Shown: positions 35,871 to 49,580 of the stretch, piece by piece | How the letters are laid out: each line of letters begins with the position of its first letter | Numbering within the stretch: the stretch's first letter is position 1 | DNA from: Macrostomum lignano | Taxonomy: Eukaryota | Direction: 5' to 3' | Assembly (NCBI GenBank): GCA_002269645.1 | Contig: NIVC01000833.1 | Span: forward strand, 46,886 to 110,885 | Length of the DNA stretch: 64,000 nucleotides | Made by a program: the position numbers and the translations under genes | The notes under the pieces: generated by a model | What the model saw: the letters and a program-made list of their open reading frames with translations, nothing else | Databases searched by the model: none | What the model was told of the DNA's origin: nothing

Positions 35871-36289
35871 TCATCCCATATCTCATATTTCCTGATGTTT
35901 CCTCATCTCCTCTCTTGCCTCTCTTCTGTCTTCTGTCATCTCATTCATTTCCTCCCTACCTTGCTCGCAGCCATGAGCTGGATTATTTATCTGGCCCCTT
36001 TGAGTAGAATAGTTCGCCAACCCATGCAATATTTCCACAGAACAGAAAACTAGCTAGGCTAGCAATCCATTACTGCCTTCGCCCAAGAATCCCAGGCGAC
36101 TGCCTAGTTTTAGATCTCCTTGTCCACCGGGCAAACCCGATTGGCTGTGGGGGGGAGATGGGAAAATACTTTTTATAAGCAAGAGGATCGAGAGAACGGA
36201 TGAGAGAATCATCCAGTCCTAAAAAATCATACAGTCCACCGTGTAGAGTTATTGTTTTTATTCGTTAATAACTCCCGACTACCACAAAG

Positions 36290-36425
36290 GTCAATGGTTC
36301 GAGTCTGGAAGGCTGCTCAAATCACGCGGCGGTTGAGCTGCTGAGAAGCTGCGGCAGTCGAGTACGGCTTCGGCTGGTCAGGTACAAATCCGGTCACGTG
36401 CATCACCAGCTGATGGCGCACACGC
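36290..36425 (+). CDS. MPDZ: MPDZ/PATJ exon, end of PDZ3
   Basis: Acceptor ACAAAG|GTC, phase 0; VNGSSLEGCSNHAAVELLRSCGSRVRLRLVR completes PDZ3; donor C|GTGAGT, phase 1. Confidence 0.9.
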
Positions 36426-36464
36426 GTGAGTCCTGCTGGCTGCTGGGATTGTCCTCGGGAGGGA

Positions 36465-37415
36465 TGGAATGGGATTTGAGGGGATAGAATAGGATATGAG
36501 GGGATAGAATGGGATTTTTGAGGGGATAGAATGGGATATGAGGGGATAGAATGGGATTTTTGAGGGGATAGAATGGGATATGAGGGGATAGAATAGGATA
36601 TGAGGGGATAGAATGGGATATGAGGGGACAGAATGGGATTTGAGGGGATAGAATGGGATTTGAGGGGATAGAATGGGATATGAGGGGATAGAATGGGATA
36701 TGAGGGGATAGAATGGGATTTGAGGGGATAGAATGATTTTTGAGGGGATAAAATGGGACTTGATGGGATAGAATGGGATTTGAGGGGATAGACTGAGACT
36801 TGATGGGATAGAATGGGATTTGAGGGGATAAAATGGGATTTGAGGGGTTAAAATGGGATTTGAGGGGATAGAATGGGATTTGAGGGGATAGAATGGGATT
36901 TGCGGGGATAGAATGGGATTTGAGGGATAGAATGGGATATGAGGAGATAGACTGAGACTTGATGGTATAGAATGGGATTTTAGGGGATAGAATGGGATCA
37001 TAGGGGATAGAATGGGATTTTAGGGGATAGAATGGGATTTGAGTGGATAGAATGGGATTTGAGGGGATAGAATGGGATTTGAGGGAATAGAATGGGATAG
37101 AATGGGATTTGAGATGGTAGAATGGGATTTGAGGGGATAGACTGGCATAGAATGGGATTTGAGGGGATAGACTGGCATAGAATGGGATTTGAGAGGGTAA
37201 AATGGGATTTGAGATGGTAGAATGGGATAGAATGGGATAGAATGGGATTTGAGAGGGTAAAATGGGATTCGAGAAGATAGAATGGGATGTGTTAGGGGAA
37301 AGAATGAGATTTTTGGGATTTTATGGAACAGAATGAAATAGAATGGGATTTAAAGGAATAGAATGGGATGTAGGGGAAAGAATTAGGGTTTTGAAGGGAT
37401 AGAATGGGATGTGAA
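36465..37415. repeat. 20-bp minisatellite (GAGGGGATAGAATGGGATTT)n
   Basis: Direct periodicity. Confidence 0.94.
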
Positions 37416-37794
37416 ATTTTCAAAGGAGAAATATTAACTTACAATAGATAATATAAGTGCAATTTTATTAGATTAGGATAATAAAATTGTTCCGTGTGTC
37501 TGGCGTCAGGTGCTATAAGCTATTATCAATAAAATTTAATAAAAATAAACTGGTTGGTCTTGCAGTCTGAAGCACTGCCAGATGAAAGAGTCTTGGTGGC
37601 CAGCCTTCACGGGCGCGTTTGGAGTGGGAACAGAGGAAACTTAAGAGCCCTACTGGACAAGTGCAGATGCAGTTTAGTATATTGTGATGGGATCCGGGAT
37701 GGTTCTGGCTGTCACGTGGCAATACTGGCTTCTATAATAAAGTATACTTTGATTTGGCCTATCCATAAAACACTCAGGACCAAAAATACTTAAA

Positions 37795-38386
37795 GACACA
37801 GCACCCACCCCAAAGACACAGCACCCCCCCAAAGACACAGCACCCACCCCAAAGACACAGCACCCACTCCAAAGACACAGAACAAATCCCAAAGACACAG
37901 CACAAATCCCAAAGACACAGCACCCACCCTGACTGCACCCACCTCAAAGACACGGCACAAAGACACAGCACCCACCCCAAAGACACGGCACCCACCCCAA
38001 AGACACGGCACCCACCCCAAAGACACTGCACCCACCCCAAAGACACAGCACCCACCCCAAAGACACAGCACCTACCCCAAAGACACAGCACCCACCCCAA
38101 AGACACAGCACCCACTCCAAAGACACTGCACCCACCCCAAAGACACAGCACCCACCCCAAAGACACAGCACCTACCCCAAAGACACAGCACCCACCTCAA
38201 AGACACGGCACAAAGACACAGCACCCACCCTGACTGCACCCACCTCAAAGACACGGCACAAAGACACAGCACCCACCCCAAAGACACGGCACCCACCCCA
38301 AAGACACTGCACCCACCCCAAAGACACTGCACCCACCTCAAAGACACGGCACAAAGACACAGCACCCACCCTGACTGCACCCACCT
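37795..38386. repeat. 20-bp minisatellite (AAAGACACAGCACCCACCCC)n
   Basis: Direct periodicity. Confidence 0.93.
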
Positions 38387-38405
38387 CATCTAACGCCGAC
38401 TTCAG

Positions 38406-38492
38406 TGAGCACGCCGCCACCGCTGGATGCTTGCGGAGCAACTCCTCGCTTTAATCTGGACCCGGGCTGCGGCTCCAACTGCCACAATTTTG
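38406..38492 (+). CDS. MPDZ: MPDZ/PATJ linker exon (putative)
   Basis: Acceptor TTCAG|TG, donor G|GTGAGT, phase 1/1, open frame LSTPPPLDACGATPRFNLDPGCGSNCHNF. Confidence 0.65.
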
Positions 38493-38699
38493 GTGAGTAA
38501 TTGGGGTTATGTTAGTAGTACATTTGTGCATGCACTTGTTTTGCTGGTTGCATTCGGAATAGATGAGATTTTACTGTCTCTGAGGATACAATACGGATAG
38601 ATTTTTCGATTTTAGGTTGCGATTATTAGATAGTAGGGTGAGATTATCGAATACTGGGGCAAGATTTTTGGATAGTAGTGTGAGACTATTGGACAGTAC

Positions 38700-40118
38700 G
38701 CTACTGTACATAATGAGATAATCTATACTGTACATGGGGAGATAATCCGATACCGTACAAGCTGAGATAATCCGATAATGTACATGGGGAGATAATCCGA
38801 TACTGTACGGGCTGAGATAATCCGATACTGTACGGGCTGAGATAATCCGATACTGTACATGGGGAGATAATCCGATACTGTACAGGCTGAGATAATCCGA
38901 TAATGTACATGGGGAAATAATCCGATACTGTACGGGCTGAGATAATCCGATACTGTACAGGCTGAGATAATCCGATACTGTACAGACTGAGATAATCCGA
39001 TACTGTACAGACTGAGATAATCCGATACTGTACAGGCTGAGATAATCCGATACTGTACAGACTGAGATAATCCGATACTGTACATGGGAAGATAATCCGA
39101 TACCGTACAAGCTGAGATAATCTGATACTGTACATGGGGAGATAATCCGATACTGTACAGGCTGAGATAATCTGATACTGTACATGGGGAGATAATCCGA
39201 TACTGTACAGGCTGAGATAATCCGATACTGTACATGGGAAGATAATCCGATACTGTACAGACTGAGATAATCCGATACTGTACAGACTGAGATAATCCGA
39301 TAATGTACATGCTGAGATAATCCGATACTGTACAGACTGAGATAATCCGATACTGTACAGACTGAGATAATCCGATAATGTACATGCTGAGATAATCCGA
39401 TACTGTACAGACTGAGATAATCCGATACTGTACAGGCTGAGATAATCCGATGCTGTACAGACTGAGATAATCCGATGCTGTACAGACTGAGATAATCCGA
39501 TAATGTACATGCTGAGATAATCCGATACTGTACAGACTGAGATAATCCGATACTGTACAGACTGAGATAATCCGATACTGTACAGACTGAGATAATCCGA
39601 TGCTGTACAGACTGAGATAATCCGATGCTGTACAGACTGAGATAATCCGATAATGTACATGCTGAGATAATCCGATACTGTACAGACTGAGATAATCCGA
39701 TACTGTACAGACTGAGATAATCCGATACTGTACAGACTGAGATAATCCGATGCTGTACAGACTGAGATAATCCGATACTGTACAGACTGAGATAATCCGA
39801 TACTGTACATGGAGAGATAATCCGATACTGTACATGGAGAGATAATCCGATACTGTACATGGAGAGATAATCCGATACTGTACATGGAGAGATATCCAAT
39901 ACTGCACATGGAGAGATAATCCGATACTGCACAAGGCTGAGATAATCCGATACTGCACAAGGCTGAGATAATCCAATACTGCACAAGGCCGAGTTAATCC
40001 GATACTGCACAAGGCCGAGTTAATCCGATACTGCACAAGGCTGAGATAATCCAATACTGCACAAGGCTGAGATAATCCAATACTGCACAAGGCTGAGATA
40101 ATCCAATACTGCACAAGG
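38700..40118. repeat. 25-bp minisatellite (GATAATCCGATACTGTACAGACTGA)n and variants
   Basis: Direct periodicity, ~56 copies. Confidence 0.96.
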
Positions 40119-40669
40119 CAGTGCAGTCAAGCGGAATAATCACAAACAGTCAATGCTGATACAATCCTGAAGAATTACTTCTGCAATAATATACGGGTGT
40201 TAAGAGTTATTTGCTCAATTAACTGCTTGAGAGCCACCTTCGGCCACTCGGGTGTTTGGTCGCGCGAAAATCAGAACCTGCCCGGCGCCAGCTCAACCTT
40301 TCTCGGGGTGGGTTGAGACGGGACTGAGAAAGAGGCTGGGGAAAAGGAAATGAGAAGTTTTCTCCCCAGCCATCTCAAGGATTGCTGAGGCCAAGGGATA
40401 AAAGTACCCCAAGGCGTTCCGCGCTATTTATACCTCTGGTGAGGATTAGGGAGGCCGCCTATCGCACTTCCCCATTCTCCCATCTCCCCTCAGTCAAACT
40501 CTGCCCTAGCCACATCCCAACCCGAGCCTCCACCGATTTCCCACCGGGAATCGATATGCTAGCATATCTATATCTAGTACTGTACTGCCTTATTGCTGCG
40601 GTTTTAGTAGTAGCATAGTAGTACGAGACACCTGTGCCTGCCATAGACATGCTCTAGCTTAATACAGAG

Positions 40670-41185
40670 TCTGTTTATCTCTAACTTAGGTCTGTTTATC
40701 TCTACCTCAAATCTGTTTATCTCTACTTCAAGTCTGTTTATCTCTACCTCAAGTCTGTTTATCTCTACATCAAATCTGTTTATCTCTACCTCAAAAGCCT
40801 GTTTATCTCTACCTCAAAAGCCTGTTTATCTCTACCTCAAAAGTCTGTTTATCTCTACATCAAGCCTGTTTATCTCTCCCTCAAAAGTCTGTTTATCTCT
40901 ACCTCGAAAATCTGTTTATCTCTACCTCAAAAGTCTGTTTATCTCTGCCTCAAATCTGTTTATCTCTACCTCGAAAATCTGTTTATCTCTACCTCAAAAG
41001 TCTGTTTATCTCTGCCTCAAATCTGTTTATCTCTACCTCGAAAATCTGTTCATCTCTACCACCAAAGTCTGTTTATCTCTGCCTCAACAGTCTGTATCTC
41101 AGCCTAAAAATTTTGTTTATCTCTACCTCCAAAGTCTGTTTGTCTCTACCCCAAATCTGTTTATCTCTACCTCAATTCTCTTTCT
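40670..41185. repeat. 20-22-bp minisatellite (TCTGTTTATCTCTACCTCAAA)n
   Basis: Direct periodicity. Confidence 0.9.
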
Positions 41186-41294
41186 TCCCTAATCCGTGTA
41201 TCTCTATCCTGCACTCATCAACGCAACCGACTTAACTCAACTGTACCAAAGCAGAACAAAATGCGGTAAACTCTCTGATTGAATATTCGCCAAG

Positions 41295-41354
41295 AACTTC
41301 GACAAGACTCTTCTTCTTTATATGGCCACGGAAAACCCCAGCCACTGTGCACAG
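41295..41354 (+). CDS. Possible small MPDZ linker exon
   Basis: AAG|...ACAG|GTGATT, phase 1/1, open frame ELRQDSSSLYGHGKPQPLCT; weak splice sites, and it can be skipped without changing frame. Confidence 0.28.
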
Positions 41355-41899
41355 GTGATTAACCACAAGATCCATGCTTATGGTCAAACAGGTAAAATCG
41401 TAAATCTTTGCAGTAATCTGTTTAATTCGCATTACATTCCGAGCCTTGATGGAGATAAATTCCAGATCAGTAACAATTCAATGCACAGTGACTTAAATTT
41501 ATCTTGAATCCATGATTTATTGTCAGTAGAATAACCAGTAGCCATATATGTTTGAGGGCGAAATTAGGGCTGCAGCTCTGTCTAGGTAATATAGATAGCG
41601 TATTTGGCGTAATGTATAGTATAGTAGAGTATAGTAATATAGATAGTAATAATTTAGATAGTTCGGTAGATAACTATCTCTCCATCTCCTTCTCTCCTCT
41701 CCTTCTCTCCCTCTCCTTCTCTCCCTCTTCTTCTCTCCTCTCCTTCTCTCCCTCTCCACTTCTATCCCCTCTCCCCCCTCTCTTCCTCTCTCTCTCTCTC
41801 AATTTTCCTTCTATCTACCTCTCTCCTCTCCGTCTCATTTATCTCTCTTCCTCTTACTCCCCCTTTTTCCTTCTCCCCTCTCCTCTTCTCTTCCTCTCT

Positions 41900-42843
41900 C
41901 TAGTCTCACATCTGGAATCTATTCTCACATCTGGCATCTAGTCTCACATCTGGCATCTAGTCTCACATCTGGCATCTAGTCTCACATCTGGCATCTAGTC
42001 TCACATCTGGCATCTAGTCTCACATCTGGCATCTAGTCTCACATCTGGCATCTAGTCTCACATCTGGCATCTAGTCTCACATCTGGCATCTAGTCTCACA
42101 TCTGGCATCTAGTCTCACATCTGGCATCTAGTTTCACATATGGCATCTAGTCTCACATCTGGCATCCAGTCTCACATCTTGCATCTAGTCTCACATCTGG
42201 CATCTAGTCTCACATCTGGCATCTAGTCTCACATCTGGCATCTAGTCTCACATCTAGCATCTAGTCTCACATCTGGCATCTAGTCTCACATCTGGCATCT
42301 AGTCTCACATCTGGCATCTAGTTTCACATATGGCATCTAGTCTCACATCTGGCATCCAGTCTCACATCTTGCATCTAGTCTCACATCTGGCATCTAGTCT
42401 CACATCTGGCATCTAGTCTCACATCTGGCATCTAGTCTCACATCTAGCATCTAGTCTCACATCTAGCATCTAGTCTCACAGCTGGCATCTAGTCTCACAT
42501 CTGGCATCTAGTTTCACATCTGGCATCTAGTCTCACATCTGGCATCTAGTCTCACATCTGGCATCTAGTCTCCCAATGGGAATCTAGTCTCACATCTGGC
42601 ATCTAGTCTCACAGCTGGCATCTAGTCTCACATCTGGCATCTAGTCTCACATCTGGCATCTAGTCTCACATCTGGCATCTAGTCTCACATCTGGCATCTA
42701 GTCTCACATCTGGCATCTAGTCTCCCATTGGGAATCTAGTCTCACATCTGGCATCTAGTCTCACATCTGGCATCTAGTCTCACATCTGGCATCTAGTCTC
42801 ACATCTAGCATCTAGTCTCACATCTAGCATCTAGTCTCACAGC
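41900..42843. repeat. 19-bp minisatellite (TCTAGTCTCACATCTGGCA)n
   Basis: Direct periodicity, ~49 copies. Confidence 0.96.
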
Positions 42844-43559
42844 TGTTCTGTTCCACACTAAACTCGCATGATCTATCTCTTATTTTGCACAGACAGGGTT
42901 TTTTGCAGGCTTTCAATTCGATACACATCGAATGTGTAACCAAAATCACGGCGAACACCCTGTCCACCCCGCTCTCCTGACTCTCAGCATACAAAGAACT
43001 ATAGAAAGATTTTCTTCCTGCTAAAATAATTTCGAATTTCTCTGGTTTCGAATAGCTGCATGTACACACTTTCTACGTATTTTTTCTCTCGGCGGTGAGA
43101 AAAAGAGAGAGAGAGAGCATGTGAATTCGCACATGCGCTGCGCAGTGTGACATGATTTCCATGCTGTCCTTTTCTGTACCCCTCTCGCCCCCCTCTCTCT
43201 CAAGCATGTACATTCGAGGCCCCTCAGCAACTGCGGTTTAATCTCTAACAAAAAAAAAATGCAGAGTCAGAGAGATAGGCACAGACTGACTTCATTAGTG
43301 CCGACATGCGGTTGGTTTGGGCCCCGTTTGTCAGGACGACTTTATTATTGCCAAATTAGTAAATTTATTTTAACGAGCTGAATAGAGAATGAAGCGTCAT
43401 AAATCACTCGGCAACCTGCGTCGTTCGCTGTCTACCTTGTACTTGAGAATCTCGGGTACAAATAGTAGTCTGGTCTTCGACAGAGACTTCTGCAAGAAGT
43501 ATTTCAGTAAGTCTTTGTACTGATCCTGGGAGGTTTAGAGAGACGTAAGGAGGTGAAGA

Positions 43560-43905
43560 GAAAGATAGATGTAGGGACGTATGGAGGGATGTAGAGAGTT
43601 AGGTAGAGATGTAGGGAGGTAAGCAGAGATGTAGGAAGGCAAAGAGAGATGTAGAAAGGTAGGGATAGATGTAGAGAGGCAAGAAGAGATGTAGGGAGAT
43701 AAGGAGAGATGTAACGGAGTTCAGGAGAGACGCAGGGAGGTAGGTATAGATGTAGGGAGATAGGTATAGATGTAGGGAGGTAGGTATAGATGTAGGGAGG
43801 TAGGTATAGATGTAGGGAGGTAGGTATAGATGTAAGGAGGTAGGTATAGATGTAGGGAGGTAGGTATAGATGTAGGGAGGTAGGGAGAGATGTAGGGAGG
43901 TAGGG
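43560..43905. repeat. 20-bp repeat (GTAGGGAGGTAGGTATAGAT)n
   Basis: Direct periodicity with a degenerate left part. Confidence 0.85.
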
Positions 43906-44484
43906 AAACTACAGATGAAGAACAACAGAGGTGATGTAAAATCGTTGGCATGAAAATTGGTTAAGTTATGAAGACGCAAAAAATGAAATGAACAGAAAAT
44001 TGCATAAAATTAGCTTTCATAAATTTCCAGCTTTTCCAGCTAGTTTTTCAGCTGTCCTAAAAAAATAGAAAATCGAGTCTTGACTCGAATTTATTTTACG
44101 ACCTCCTCGAACAACTACCCGCGCACGCTGCTCTTCTACAGAGCCCGAAAAAGTGCATCGTTTTATTGAATTTCTTCAAATAATACCAGGATACGGGATA
44201 CCCATTGTAAGGCGTTGGATGATTGATGAGTTGTCAAGCGAGGAGAAGAGAGAGGTTGAGACGGAGGCCTGAGTAGCTGCATGGAGCTTTCAGTTATTCG
44301 ACAGCCGCTCAGCCACCCCTCAGTACAAGCGGGCCACGCGAGTTCCGATTCTTCAGGCATGAAGTCTGAATGGCTGAATGGGGGCAGGCGGCTGCCTCGG
44401 GCGGAAAGAGTTGGGGGAGACGGGAAGGAAGCGAGGAGAGGCGGGAGTGGCGTAAGCAGATGGCTGACTGCGGGCGGTGGGGGC

Positions 44485-45660
44485 TGAGATGCAGAGGGTG
44501 AGAGGGAGAGAGGGTAAGAGGGTGAGAGTGTGAGAGGGAGAGAGGGTGAGAGGGTGAGAGTGTGAGTGTGAGTGTGAGAGAGTGAGAGGGTGAGAGGGTG
44601 AGTGTGAGAGGGTGAGAGGATGAGAGGGTGTGTGAGAGAGGGTGAGAGGGTGAGATGGGGAGTGTGAGAGAGTGAGAGGGTGAGTGTGAGAGGGTGAGAG
44701 GATGAGAAGGTGAGTGTGAGAGGGTGAGAGGATGAGAGGGTGTGTGAGAGAGGGTGAGAGTGTGAGATGGTGAGTGTGAGAGAGTGAGAGGATGAGAGGG
44801 TGTGTGAGAGAGGGTGAGAGGGTGAGAGGGTGAGTGTGAGAGGGTGAGAGGGTGAGATGGTGAGTGTGAGAGGGTGAGAGGGTGAGTGTGAGAGGGTGAG
44901 AGGGTGAGAGGGTGAGATGGTGAGTGTGAGAGAGTGAGAGGGTGAGAGGGTGAGTGTGAGAGGGTGAGAGGGTGAGAGGGTGAGATGGTGAGTGTGAGAG
45001 AGTGAGAGGGTGAGAGGGTGAGTGTGAGAGGGTGAGAGGGTGAGAGTGTGAGATGGTGAGTGTGAGAGAGTGAGAGGATGAGAGGGTGTGTGAGAGAGGG
45101 TGAGAGGGTAAGATGGTGAGTGTGAGAGGGTGAGAGGGTGAGAGAGTGAGAGAGGTGAGAGAGTGAGAGAGGTAAGAGAGTGAGAGTGTGAGAGGGTGAG
45201 AGTGTGAGAGTGTGAGAGTGTGAGAGTGTGAGAGTGTGAGACTGTGAGAGGGTGAGAGGGTGAGAGGGTGAGAGAGGTGAGAGAGTGAGAGAGGTGAGAG
45301 GGTGAGATGGTGAGTGTGAGAGGGTGAGATGGTGAGTTTGAGAGTGTGAGAGGGTGAGAGAGGTGAGAGAGTGAGAGAGGTGAGAGGGTGAGAGAGGTGA
45401 GAGAGTGAGAGAGGTGAGAGAGGTGAGAGGGTGAGATGGTGAGATGGTGAGTGTGAGAGGGTGAGAGAGTGAGAGAGGTGAGAGGGTGAGAGAGGTGAGA
45501 GAGTGAGAGAGGTGAGAGAGGTGAGAGGGTGAGATGGTGAGATGGTGAGTGTGAGAGGGTGAGAGGGTGAGAGAGGTGAGAGAGGGTGAGAGAGGTGAGA
45601 GAGTGAGAGAGGTGAGAGAGGTGAGAGGGTGAGATGGTGAGTGTGAGAGGGTGAGAGAAC
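44485..45660. repeat. (GTGAGAG)n-type 7-mer GA-rich satellite
   Basis: Direct periodicity. Confidence 0.94.
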
Positions 45661-46144
45661 AGAGAACCCACCAGTCAGCAAGCTAAAAGTGATGACTTAA
45701 GCGAAACGGACTAAACAGGTTTGCACAGATCAATAGGCGCAGTTTAAACTGCGCAATAGCATTAGGAAGCCAGTAGTCGGACCAAGAAAATTAGTCTGAG
45801 CCATTGTCTGCCTTGAAGATAAGATAGCGCCTATCATAGTTGCACTGGCTCATTAGTGAGACAATTAATACGTAAGTGAGCAGCATATTCTTCGCACTTG
45901 AAGTGCAAATGCTAACTATTATAACTGACTAGGGCACAGGGTTTAGATAGTGTTAATCAGTTTAGATTGAGAGTTAGCGATCCACTCTGCACATTATAAC
46001 TGGCAAGCTTTCGGAAGTTTCACGTTGGCTTTTAGCGGCAGACTTGAGGTTGGGGCGGGTAGAAAACCAATGGCTGTGAGTGCAACTCACTTTTGTGCTG
46101 CTGCTGACTAGCCACCCTCTCTGCTGTGTACTGTCTGCCACATG

Positions 46145-47050
46145 TATCTCTCACTATCTCCCTCTCACTCTCTCTCCCATCTCACCCTCTCTCCTATCTC
46201 ACCTCTCTCCTATCTCACCTCTCTAATCTCACTCTCTCTCCCTCTCACTCTCTCCCATCTCACCCTCTCTCCTATCTCACCCTCTCTCCTATCTCACCTC
46301 TCTAATCTCACTCTCTCTCCCTCTCACTCTCTCTCCCATCTCACCCTCTCTCCTATCTCACCTCTCTAATCTCACTCTCTCTCCCATCTCATTGTCTCTC
46401 ATCTCTCCATCTCTCTCTCATCTCTCTCCCATCTCACCCTCTCCCATCTCACCCTCTCTAAACTCACTCTCTCTCCCATCTCACTCTCTCTCATCTCTCA
46501 ATCTCTCTCTCATCTCTCCATCTCTCTCTCATCTCTCTCCCATCTCTCTCTCCCATCTCTCTTTCCCATCTCAACCTCTGTCTCATCTCTCACTGTCTCC
46601 CTCTCTGTCCTTTCTCTCCCTCTCTCCAATCTTACTCTCTCTCTGATCTCTGCTTCTCTCTCTTCATCTCCTATCTCTCTCTCCATCTCCCATCTCTCTC
46701 TCCATCTCCAATCTCTCTCTCCCATCTTCCTCTCCCATCTCAACCTCTCTGAACTCTCACTCTCTCTCCCATCTCTCTCTCCCCTGTCACCCTCTCCTTT
46801 CTTAACCTCTTTACCATCTCTCATTGTCTACCTCTCTCTCCTTTCTCTCCCTCTCTCCCATCTTTCCCTCTCTCTCGCCTCTCACCCTCTCTCCAGTCTA
46901 TCCCTTTCTTCAATCTCAACTTCTCCCTCATCTTTCCCTAGTCTCCCTCTCTCCGTCTTTCTTTCCCATCTCTCACTCTCTCCTTTTATTGCGACCCTTT
47001 CTCCCTCTATTTCCCTCTGCTTTTTTCTCCCATCTCTTCTATCCTTCTCT
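46145..47050. repeat. CT-rich low-complexity tandem repeat
   Basis: CTCTCAC/CTCTCCC units with an ~83-bp higher-order duplication in the left part. Confidence 0.9.
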
Positions 47051-47346
47051 ACCGAGTAGCCCCTATGCCATTGTCCAAAGGTCCGCAGCAGAATTTTTTT
47101 CGAAAATCGATGAAGATAAACAGAGCAGACTGCTTGATCAAACTCAATTATAGGATTGACCCAGGAAAGCCCAACTGCCTCATTCGCAAATTTTCGGAAT
47201 CTGAAGGGGGAAAACCCTGCGGATGTGCAGAAGAGAGTCATGGTGATTTTCCATTTAGGAGCCATGCCGAGACTCCAACTCAAACTAGGCAATAGAGAAT
47301 GTGTTCACCGAGTACCGAGTCATCGGGTACCGACCATCAATAAGAT

Positions 47347-48195
47347 ACAGTCATAAAGACATCGGGTGTGCTCATCAATCCAGTCATAAAGACATCGGGT
47401 GTGCTCATCAATCCAGTCATAAAGACATCGGGTGTGCTCATCAATCCAGTCATAAAGACATCGGGTATGCTCATCAATCCAGTCATAAAGACATCGGGTG
47501 TGCTCATCAATCCAGTCATAAAGACATCGGGTATGCTCATCAATCCAGTCATAAAGACATCGGGTGTGCTCATCAATCCAGTCATAAAGACATCGGGTAT
47601 GCTCATCAATCCAGTCATAAAGACATCGGGTGTGCTCATCAATCCAGTCATAAAGACATCGGGTATGCTCATCAATCCAGTCATAAAGACATCGGGTGTG
47701 CTCATCAATCCAGTCATAAAGACATCGGGTGTGCTCATCAATCCAGTCATAAAGACATCGGGTGTGCTCATCAATCCAGTCATAAAGACATCGGGTGTGC
47801 TCATCAATCCAGTCATAAAGACATCGGGTATGCTCATCAATCCAGTCATAAAGACATCGGGTGTGCTCATCAATCCAGTCATAAAGACATCGGGTATGCT
47901 CATCAATCCAGTCATAAATACATCGGGTATGCTCATCAATCCAGTCATAAAGACATCGGGTATGCTCATCAATCCAGTCATAAATACATCGGGTATGCTC
48001 ATCAATCCAGTCATAAAGACATCGGGTGTGCTCATCAATCCAGTCATAAAGACATCGGGTGTGCTCATCAATCCAGTCATAAAGACATCGGGTATGCTCA
48101 TCAATCCAGTCATAAAGACATCGGGTGTGCTCATCAATCCAGTCATAAAGACATCGGGTATGCTCATCAATCCAGTCATAAAGACATCGGGTATG
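47347..48195. repeat. 33-bp minisatellite (CAGTCATAAAGACATCGGGTRTGCTCATCAATC)n, ~26 copies
   Basis: Direct periodicity; 11-aa repeat in several frames. Confidence 0.97.
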
Positions 48196-48251
48196 CCAGG
48201 CCTAAGCTATCCCGCCTACCTGATATCCAAATCGATACCCACAACAACCAG

Positions 48252-48511
48252 AGGGCCCGCTATCTGCTGAAGTCGCCGAGTCCATCGCGCACCGCTGGTC
48301 GAGTCTTCTCAACGACAGCTCGCTAACGGTGGTAACGGTGCAGCTGGCCAAGTTCAAGCACCATCCCGGCCTCGGCATCAGCCTGGAAGGCACGGTGGAC
48401 GTGCTGGAGACTGGAGCGGAGGTCCGGCCGCATCACTACATCCGGGCCATCCAGCCCGACGGCCCTGTGGCGGCTGACGGAACCTTGAGGCCGCATGACG
48501 AGCTGCTGGAG
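48252..48511 (+). CDS. MPDZ: MPDZ/PATJ exon, first half of PDZ4
   Basis: Acceptor AACCAG|AG, phase 1; VVTVQLAKFKHHPGLGISLEGTVDV...EVRPHHYIRAIQPDGPV...DELLE is characteristic of MPDZ PDZ4; donor GAG|GTGAGA, phase 0. Confidence 0.92.
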
Positions 48512-48569
48512 GTGAGAAACTATGGGGGGGATGAGCAGTTCTTCTCTTGAATTAACAGCACTCTTCTTC

Positions 48570-48870
48570 TCACCCTCTGTCACTATCTCCCTCTCAGCCT
48601 CTCTTCCTATCTCCCTCTCAGCCTCTCTCACTATCTCCCTCTCAGCCTCTCTTCCTATCTGCCTCTCAGCCTCTCTCACTATCTCCCTCTCAGCCTCTCT
48701 TCCTATCTGCCTCTCAGCCTCTCTTCCTATCTGCCTCTCAGCCTCTCTCACTATCTTCCTCTCAGCCTCTCAGCCTCTCTCACTATCTCCCTCTAACCCT
48801 CTGTCACTATCTCCCTCTAACCCTCTGTCACTATCTCCCTCTCACCCTCTCTCACTATCTCCTTCTCACT
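48570..48870. repeat. CT-rich ~24-27-bp repeat (CTATCTCCCTCTCAGCCTCTCTCA)n
   Basis: Direct periodicity. Confidence 0.85.
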
Positions 48871-49519
48871 CTCTTTTTTCATCTATGTTTCGATGATAGA
48901 AAAGTCAACGAACTGAACTTATACCAGACCTGGAATATAGCATCGAGCACTGAGCATCATCCATATTCTAGATCGCATCAGACGAGAACCATGAGAACTA
49001 TCCCCTGTGGGAGAACGGAAACTCAGTTCCCAACATTTGCCAGCTGTTGGCTAATAGAATTTTCTTTTCCCCTTTCGTTCGATTATTTTTCGTTCTTTCG
49101 GCCTTTTTTCCTCTTCCAATGCTTGAACTTTGCGTGTGTCTCGAGTCTGCAACCAGAGCAATCAGAGCAATACACTGCCGTGCCCTCAGCCCCTCAGTCC
49201 ATGCAGCTCTAGACTGCTGTTCCACCCGTATCGGGTGTCTGACACCGGCAATGGAAGTATTTAACATTAAAAGAGAAAATAATTGAAAACTATTGAAAAA
49301 ATAACAATTCAAAAAAGTATTACAAACTTTAAAGATTCACTCGCATAAATAGGGCTAGTATTTGTGTTCGCTTAGGCTTGATTGGCATCTTTAATTTAGT
49401 TTCAGAGAGACTTATTGGTTTAGTGCACTTTTTTATAAACGGATCTTTCTCCACCGAGTTTCGTCTATGGTAAAAACCCACTTTACAGTCTATGCAAATA
49501 AGCTATACATGTACCTTTA

Positions 49520-49521
49520 CC

Positions 49522-49578
<57 letters not shown>

Positions 49579-49580
49579 GT
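49520..49580. repeat. (CAGA)n microsatellite
   Basis: Direct periodicity. Confidence 0.92.

Noticed and set aside
34453-35886. 477-aa and 458-aa E/R/K/G-rich ORFs
   Set aside because: Antisense reading of a pure-pyrimidine intronic minisatellite.
38571-40114. Three overlapping 427-479-aa minus-strand ORFs
   Set aside because: The 25-bp unit cycles through all frames without a stop; an artefact.
44163-45681. 502-aa and 442-aa S/H/L/T-rich ORFs
   Set aside because: Mostly the (GTGAGAG)n array; the ~110-aa unique tail has no recognisable motif.
47040-47345. Unique 300-bp segment with short ORFs in several frames (possible TE fragment or exon)
   Set aside because: No identifiable motif or consistent splice pair.
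47301-48326. 341-aa (SHKDIGCAHQS)n ORF overlapping the PDZ4 exon
   Set aside because: Repeat-derived and out of frame with the real PDZ4 exon.
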